The position numbers and the translations under genes were made by a program. Positions 59,227-64,000 of a DNA stretch of 64,000 nt are shown piece by piece; position 1 is the first letter of the stretch, and each line of letters opens with the position of its first letter. The notes beneath the pieces were generated by a model that was not told the origin of the DNA, did not search any database, and saw only the letters and a program-made list of their open reading frames with translations. Source of the DNA: an uncultured Gammaproteobacteria bacterium (GTDB lineage: Bacteria; Patescibacteriota; Patescibacteriia; SG8-24). Location: positions 699-64,698 of the forward strand of contig CAZAOV010000007.1 in the NCBI GenBank assembly GCA_964486995.1, read 5' to 3'.

Positions 59227-59937
59227 ATGACCGATAACATAGGAAAAATCGTCCTTCTGCAGACTCGGGATTCTCTTGAATCATCTGAACGCGAGGTGCG
59301 GGCGGTGCTGAATACCACCTGCCTGGCGCCGGACAGGCTGCGGGCGGTTAATATTCTCCGGGGCGACCATACCGTCACACCTTTGGTTGGTGCTGCCGCT
59401 CTAATAATAGGCGGCTCCGGCTATTCAGTTTTTGAGGATATGCCCAAGCTCGACGAGCTGGTCGAAGTGGTGGTTGAGGCGCGCGAACGCGGCGTGCCCA
59501 TGTTCGGTATTTGTTTCGGCATTCAGTTAATCGCTCATGCATTTGGTGGGCACGTGGTTCGCGATTACGGCAATCGTGAACGCGGCACGTTTGATATCGA
59601 GCTCACTGATAAGGGAAAGCTGGATCCGTTGTTCTGCTCTTTGCCTATGCGTTTTCCGACACAGCAATCGCATCAAGACAAAGTCGTTTTGTTGCCGGAA
59701 GACGCGCGCTTGCTTGCTTCGTCCGAACGTTGCGCAGTGCAAGCGTTTGCAATGCCCGGCCGGATTTATGGCGTACAGTTTCATCCGGAGCGCACCAAGG
59801 AGGAAATGGAAGCGATCTTCACTCATCGCACTCACGAAATGGCGAACACTGTGGATGTAGTCTCGCCAGGCGGCGTGCCATTCCGCGAATCACCACACGC
59901 CTCGTCGATACTACGACGCTTTGTCGAAACGCTCTAG
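59227..59937 (+). CDS. Class I glutamine amidotransferase (GuaA-N-like)
   Basis: GICFG.Q, SHQD.V, GVQFHPE. Confidence 0.9.
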   Translation: MTDNIGKIVLLQTRDSLESSEREVRAVLNTTCLAPDRLRAVNILRGDHTVTPLVGAAALIIGGSGYSVFEDMPKLDELVEVVVEARERGVPMFGICFGIQLIAHAFGGHVVRDYGNRERGTFDIELTDKGKLDPLFCSLPMRFPTQQSHQDKVVLLPEDARLLASSERCAVQAFAMPGRIYGVQFHPERTKEEMEAIFTHRTHEMANTVDVVSPGGVPFRESPHASSILRRFVETL

Positions 59938-60015
59938 CTTCAGGCGTACAGGGTTATGGTTCCGGGATAGAGTCAAAATTATAACCCTTTTTATGGAGCG
60001 GCACTGACAATAGAA

Positions 60016-60044
60016 TTGTGATCCCCTACTCACAATGATATACT
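60016..60044 (+). promoter_or_regulatory. Sigma70-type promoter for the candidate ncRNA
   Basis: TTGTGA-17-TATACT with extended TG; predicted start ~60050-60051. Confidence 0.6.
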
Positions 60045-60049
60045 CCAAA

Positions 60050-60278
60050 TGCCCCTCGCAGCGGAAAAGTTTTGGGACAAATTTTTGGCTAGGGAACCTT
60101 TATTCTCTTATCCTGTGGGGTAGGGGAGCGGGTTCCAGCGGTCGAGCCGATTCGGCGGCCGAAGTGCGGAGTGCAAGCTCTGCGCCCGAGGCTGCCGAGG
60201 CGGCAAACAGTCACCCCAACGGGTGCTGTACGGCCCGACTGGGTAATAGCCAAAACTTGCCTGCTCGTGGGGCAACCA
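60050..60278 (+). ncRNA. Unassigned multibranch structured RNA candidate
   Basis: 5'/3' closing stem, nested helices and five hairpins, ACCA end, flanked by a promoter and a terminator. Confidence 0.6.
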
Positions 60279-60305
60279 AAAACGCCGGCATTCGCTGGCG
60301 TTTTT
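60278..60305. terminator. Bidirectional intrinsic terminator
   Basis: AAAAACGCCGGC-ATTC-GCTGGCGTTTTT between the convergent ncRNA candidate and tRNA-Pro. Confidence 0.8.
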
Positions 60306-60308
60306 GCA

Positions 60309-60382
60309 TGGTCGGGCTGGAGAGAATCGAACTCTCGACTCACGCACCCCATGCGCGTGTATTACCATTATACTACAGCCCG
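60309..60382 (-). tRNA. tRNA-Pro(GGG)
   Basis: CGGGCTG/CAGCCCG acceptor, CGCGC-ATGGGGT-GCGTG anticodon arm, TTCGATT loop, CCA. Confidence 0.95.
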
Positions 60383-60422
60383 GCTTAGCAGTGATTAAAC
60401 ACTTTCAGCCTAAATAAATCAA

Positions 60423-60476
60423 GGTGGTTTTTTGCCTGTCTATACTTTTCCAAGTATAGACAGGCAAAAAACCGCC
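60423..60476. repeat. Palindromic repeat family B
   Basis: GGTTTTTTGCCTGTCTATACTT-TTCC-AAGTATAGACAGGCAAAAAACC. Confidence 0.8.
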
Positions 60477-60508
60477 CTAGCTAGCGGCGGTTTTTGTTGA
60501 TTCATTCC

Positions 60509-60706
60509 TTAGGCCGTCTGCGGCACCTTTTGCTCCTGCTTCTTGGTTAGTGTCTTTAGGCAACGGGTGCAAACCTTCGCCTTAACACCTTCAATTCGCT
60601 TGGTCTGGAGATTAACGTGCTGCTCACGCTTGGTGGCAACATTGGAATGACTGCGGTTGTTCGCGCGGTTGGAGCCGCGGCCGCAAGCATCACAAATTCG
60701 CGACAT
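60509..60706 (-). CDS. rpmB: 50S ribosomal protein L28
   Basis: MSRICDACG...NNRSHSNVATKR...NLQ...KVCTRCLK. Confidence 0.95.
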   Translation of the reverse strand: MSRICDACGRGSNRANNRSHSNVATKREQHVNLQTKRIEGVKAKVCTRCLKTLTKKQEQKVPQTA

Positions 60707-60857
60707 AATTTCAGGGTTTTTCATTAACGGCGGTAGAATAGCACGCCTGCCTATTTTTGGCAAGAACCGCACCTTAAACCGTTGACATTTGACTCTCGAC
60801 ACGCGATGTATTAAATGTAACAATGTTTTTACTGCTGAAACCGTAATTAATAGATTT

Positions 60858-61505
60858 GTGGACTTCACTTTCATCATCATTTCATTGCTCGCCTTATACG
60901 TATCACTTACGGTACATGAGTTTAGTCATGCGCTTTTGGCGTTCGTACAAGGCGATACTACAGCACAGCGAATGGGGCGGCTCACGCTCAACCCACTCTC
61001 GCACATCGATCCAATCGGTACAGTACTGGTGCCGCTACTGGGCGCGATGTCCGGTTTTCCGCTTATCGGTTGGGCTAAGCCGGTGCCGTTTAATCCTTAC
61101 AACCTGAGTAAGGGCGGCAAGTGGGGTTCGGTTTATGTGGCGCTCGCCGGTCCAATTTCCAATTTTATCATGGCACTGGTGTTTCTGGTGCTGTTGCGCA
61201 TCATGGTGTCGGTACTGCACATGAGTTTTGACAATCTGTTCGTGATGTTCCTCACCTTGCTCGTGATGATTAATGTCGTGTTGGGGATCTTCAATTTGAT
61301 TCCGGTGCCGCCGCTAGACGGCAGCAAATTAATGCACGCCCTACTCGATGACCCGAAATATCGCAATTTTCTCATCACTATGGAGACGCGCGGACCGATG
61401 ATTCTGATGGTGCTCATCTTGGTTGATTTCATGTTGCCGGTTTCCATTTTGGGTACAGTGTTTCACACAGCGCTTAGCGTGGTGTTCAGGTTGGGTGGAC
61501 TTTAA
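60858..61505 (+). CDS. Site-2 protease (M50 family)
   Basis: HEFSH, GRLTLNP, AGP.SN, FNLIPVPPLDG. Start uncertain. Confidence 0.93.
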   Translation: MDFTFIIISLLALYVSLTVHEFSHALLAFVQGDTTAQRMGRLTLNPLSHIDPIGTVLVPLLGAMSGFPLIGWAKPVPFNPYNLSKGGKWGSVYVALAGPISNFIMALVFLVLLRIMVSVLHMSFDNLFVMFLTLLVMINVVLGIFNLIPVPPLDGSKLMHALLDDPKYRNFLITMETRGPMILMVLILVDFMLPVSILGTVFHTALSVVFRLGGL

Positions 61506-61511
61506 AAAATT

Positions 61512-61591
61512 GTAGGGGCAGAGCCTGTCTCTGCCCGGTTTGGCAAGCGCGTACTTCCATGGGCAGAGGCGGGCCCTGCCGCCCCCCTGCA
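61512..61591. repeat. GTAG-type REP doublet (REPIN-like)
   Basis: GTAG followed by the palindrome GGGCAGAG..CTCTGCCC, then a degenerate inverted copy. Confidence 0.65.
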
Positions 61592-61602
61592 TTGGAGGAA
61601 AT

Positions 61603-61941
61603 ATGAACTGCGATGGACGGTCACTGGGTCGGCATATTCGTTCTCTAATCAAAGAGGCACAGGAAGTATTCCTCTGGAATCATCTTGCGCTCGGCGTGAC
61701 CGTGCGTGCAGACGATAAGGACGGCGAATTAATTTCGGTTCGTTTTGCCGGCAAAACTCGTCAGGAAATGCGCGCCGAATTACTCGACGCCATGGTTGAG
61801 CTCATGGATCGGCATCCAGCAGAGAATTTTAGTTTCCGAGTTGATATCGACTATGGCGATTTCGGCAACACACTTCTCGGCACCTGGTCGCAGGCCATGT
61901 ATTATTCCGTTAAGCCTTGGTGGGCGCACTCGAACCGTTAA
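61603..61941 (+). CDS. Hypothetical protein
   Basis: ATG after GGAGG; 112 aa; followed by a terminator-like hairpin. Confidence 0.6.
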   Translation: MNCDGRSLGRHIRSLIKEAQEVFLWNHLALGVTVRADDKDGELISVRFAGKTRQEMRAELLDAMVELMDRHPAENFSFRVDIDYGDFGNTLLGTWSQAMYYSVKPWWAHSNR

Positions 61942-62033
61942 CGCACATACCACCTATTACGAGGTGGTTTTCTTTTTGCCGATTTAGATGATAACGTCCG
62001 AAAGACAATCGCACTTTCAAAAAGGAGTCTCGA

Positions 62034-63347
62034 ATGCAGTTTCCGATACCGAAGGTAGCGACGCTGTCGAACGGTATCCGCGTCGTGCTGATGTGCAGTA
62101 CCGACACCGCAGCGGTTAAGGTGAAGGCGCAATACGTCGTGGGTTCGCGGCATGAGCCGGATACCCACTCTGGTATCTCGCATTTTATCGAGCATATGGT
62201 TTGGAGGGGGTGCGCCAAGTGGCCTGAGGGCCAGGACTTGTACCGTGCGCTCGACGCGCTCGGTGCGGAATCTAACGCATATACCGACCGCGAGGATACG
62301 GCGTACTGGATAAAACTGCTCGGTGATCAATTGCCGTTTGCGATTGAAGTGCTGGCCGATATATTAATTCGGCCACGTTTCAATGCGCAGCATATGGAAA
62401 CCGAACGCTCGGTCATTCTGTCCGAGGCTCAAGGCCGGCGTGATGACAAGACCATTCGGTGCTATGACTTGATGTATAACAGCATGTACCCGATGAGTGG
62501 GCTCGGCGGGAATATCATCGGCTCTGACGAAACGATTAACTCGATTGACAGACGCATATTGCGGAGCTATTGGAGACAGCATTACGTCGCCGACAACATG
62601 ATAATGGTGTTGAGCGGTCGATTCGACGAGAGTCAGGCTGTTCAGTTGTTTGAAAGTCATTTCGGCGGACAGGCAGTGCGACAGTCGGGTCGGCCTATGT
62701 TGGCGAATGATTCTGCCTCGCAACGACCGCCAGTTTCGCTCGCTGGACCGCATTTCGCGATGCTGAGACAAGAAGAAGCTCAACAGGCGTATATATCAAT
62801 CGGTTTCGAGTCGTTTGGTCGTGAACATCAGCTGGCTCCAGCGATGATGGTGCTCAGCAATATCATGGGCGACACCATGAGTTCGCGGCTTTGCATTCGT
62901 GTTCGCGATGACGCGGGAATGGCTTACTCGATCTATTCGTATCCGAGCCTGCATCGCGGCACGGGGCAGTTCGTTATCGAGGCTGGGTTGGACATGGGGC
63001 GGTTGCACGAAGCGGTTGAATTGATTCTGACCGAATTGGCTGATGTGCGGCAAAACGGCGTTACCGGGGCGGAGCTCGATGCGGCGAAGGCTAATTTACG
63101 CGGCAGTATGGCCCTCGGCTACGAAAGCGCACATGACGTGGCGGATCATTATGCCGAAGAGCTGCTGCTGTCTGACAGGCCGGAGACTCTGAACGATGAG
63201 CTGTCCAATTTCGAGGCCGTGACCGAGGAAGACGTTCAGCAAGTTGCGGATCAACTGTTCCGCGCGAGTCGTTTGCATGCCGGAGTGGTTAGTCCGTTTG
63301 ATGATTCGACGCGATTGAATGAGTTGAGCAGGATTCTCGGCAGCTAA
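62034..63347 (+). CDS. M16 family zinc peptidase
   Basis: LSNG, HFIEH inverzincin motif, NAYT, ERSVILSE, SSRL..RVR...GMAY. Confidence 0.93.
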   Translation: MQFPIPKVATLSNGIRVVLMCSTDTAAVKVKAQYVVGSRHEPDTHSGISHFIEHMVWRGCAKWPEGQDLYRALDALGAESNAYTDREDTAYWIKLLGDQLPFAIEVLADILIRPRFNAQHMETERSVILSEAQGRRDDKTIRCYDLMYNSMYPMSGLGGNIIGSDETINSIDRRILRSYWRQHYVADNMIMVLSGRFDESQAVQLFESHFGGQAVRQSGRPMLANDSASQRPPVSLAGPHFAMLRQEEAQQAYISIGFESFGREHQLAPAMMVLSNIMGDTMSSRLCIRVRDDAGMAYSIYSYPSLHRGTGQFVIEAGLDMGRLHEAVELILTELADVRQNGVTGAELDAAKANLRGSMALGYESAHDVADHYAEELLLSDRPETLNDELSNFEAVTEEDVQQVADQLFRASRLHAGVVSPFDDSTRLNELSRILGS

Positions 63348-63474
63348 AATTAGCGGTCTTTATGGCCGTTTTTTGTCTGTGCACACCAAGGAGCGCTTTG
63401 GGATTTTGCGTCCGGACATCGACGACGAGTGAATTAAAAACGGCCTCTATGCGAGGTCGTTTTTTACCCATCGA

Positions 63475-64000
63475 TTATTGAAATTTCACCGGAATAGTCA
63501 GCACGTCATCGTTCTCCGGAAATCCCGATGGATTGTCGCGCAGCAAACGGAGGTCACCGGTGTCGGTTGTCGGTTGCGCAAATTCGAGTTCGGCCACAAA
63601 CGGCACGAACTCCTCGGTCATCCATTCGTCCTGCGCATACGCAGTGCCGGTTGCCAGCTCATTTCCGTCCGCGTCAAGTAATCGTACCGGAAAGTCTGCC
63701 TCGAAGAACCAATACCCGCGAGCTTCACCTTCGATAAGCAGTGGACTTCGCACCACAGCGTTCGGTCGCGGGAAGTCGCAGCGGATTAATTCGATTTTAT
63801 TCATCTCGTTACCGATGTCTTCGGTGAACGTCCGGCCGTCCGTTGAACGACATCGGCGCGGATAGCTTTCCATTACCAAATTACCGGCGGCAACGCATGA
63901 CGTGAAGTCGGTAATTTTTTCTGCGGTTGGTGTTCCCCTCGGTTCAGCTTGCCGCAAAAATAAAAACGAACCGACCGCCACGACGACCAGGATTACGGTA
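63475..64000 (-). CDS. Membrane-anchored Gmad2 Ig-like domain protein (5' end outside window)
   Basis: F.SC.AAGN.VMESYPR.C module, GEARG.WFFEA.FP, DNPSG. Confidence 0.8.
   Translation of the reverse strand, partial: TVILVVVAVGSFLFLRQAEPRGTPTAEKITDFTSCVAAGNLVMESYPRRCRSTDGRTFTEDIGNEMNKIELIRCDFPRPNAVVRSPLLIEGEARGYWFFEADFPVRLLDADGNELATGTAYAQDEWMTEEFVPFVAELEFAQPTTDTGDLRLLRDNPSGFPENDDVLTIPVKFQ

Noticed and set aside
60035-60398. Several short ORFs over the ncRNA candidate and tRNA-Pro
   Set aside because: They overlap a tRNA and a terminator; the region is better explained as structured RNA.

Overview
Chromosomal window from a small-genome bacterium. The gene set and style (archaeal/eukaryote-type ProRS, split ComEC, type IV pilus genes, DUF1189-like and Gmad2-like proteins, mostly SD-less housekeeping genes) suggest a Patescibacteria/CPR (Parcubacteria-like) organism; this is inference only. 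Core genes: gyrA, rpmF, nusB, rnc, pilT, proS, HU, ymdB, rny, truB, infB, trxA/trxB, gdh, leuS, comEC, ndk, rpmB, M50 and M16 peptidases, and tRNA-Arg(TCG), -Lys(CTT) and -Pro(GGG). The dominant feature is a ~20 kb type IV pilus locus (12.9-33.1 kb): a sensor kinase, two stand-alone receivers, PilB, PilC, two giant pilin-adhesin fusions (986 and 1888 aa), a PilM fused to a baseplate-J-like domain, and two major pilins sharing an identical 208-bp 5' block. Also notable: a ~225-nt multibranch RNA candidate with its own promoter and a tRNA-like ACCA end (60050-60278), structured leaders on rny, ndk and rnc, tRNA-linked duplications, several palindromic repeat families, and a set of monocistronic orphan genes that carry strong Shine-Dalgarno sites, unlike the core genes. 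These orphans include two beta-barrel-like secreted paralogs. No CRISPR array, rRNA, transposase, integrase or reverse transcriptase was seen. All family assignments are from motif recognition by eye; no searches were run.
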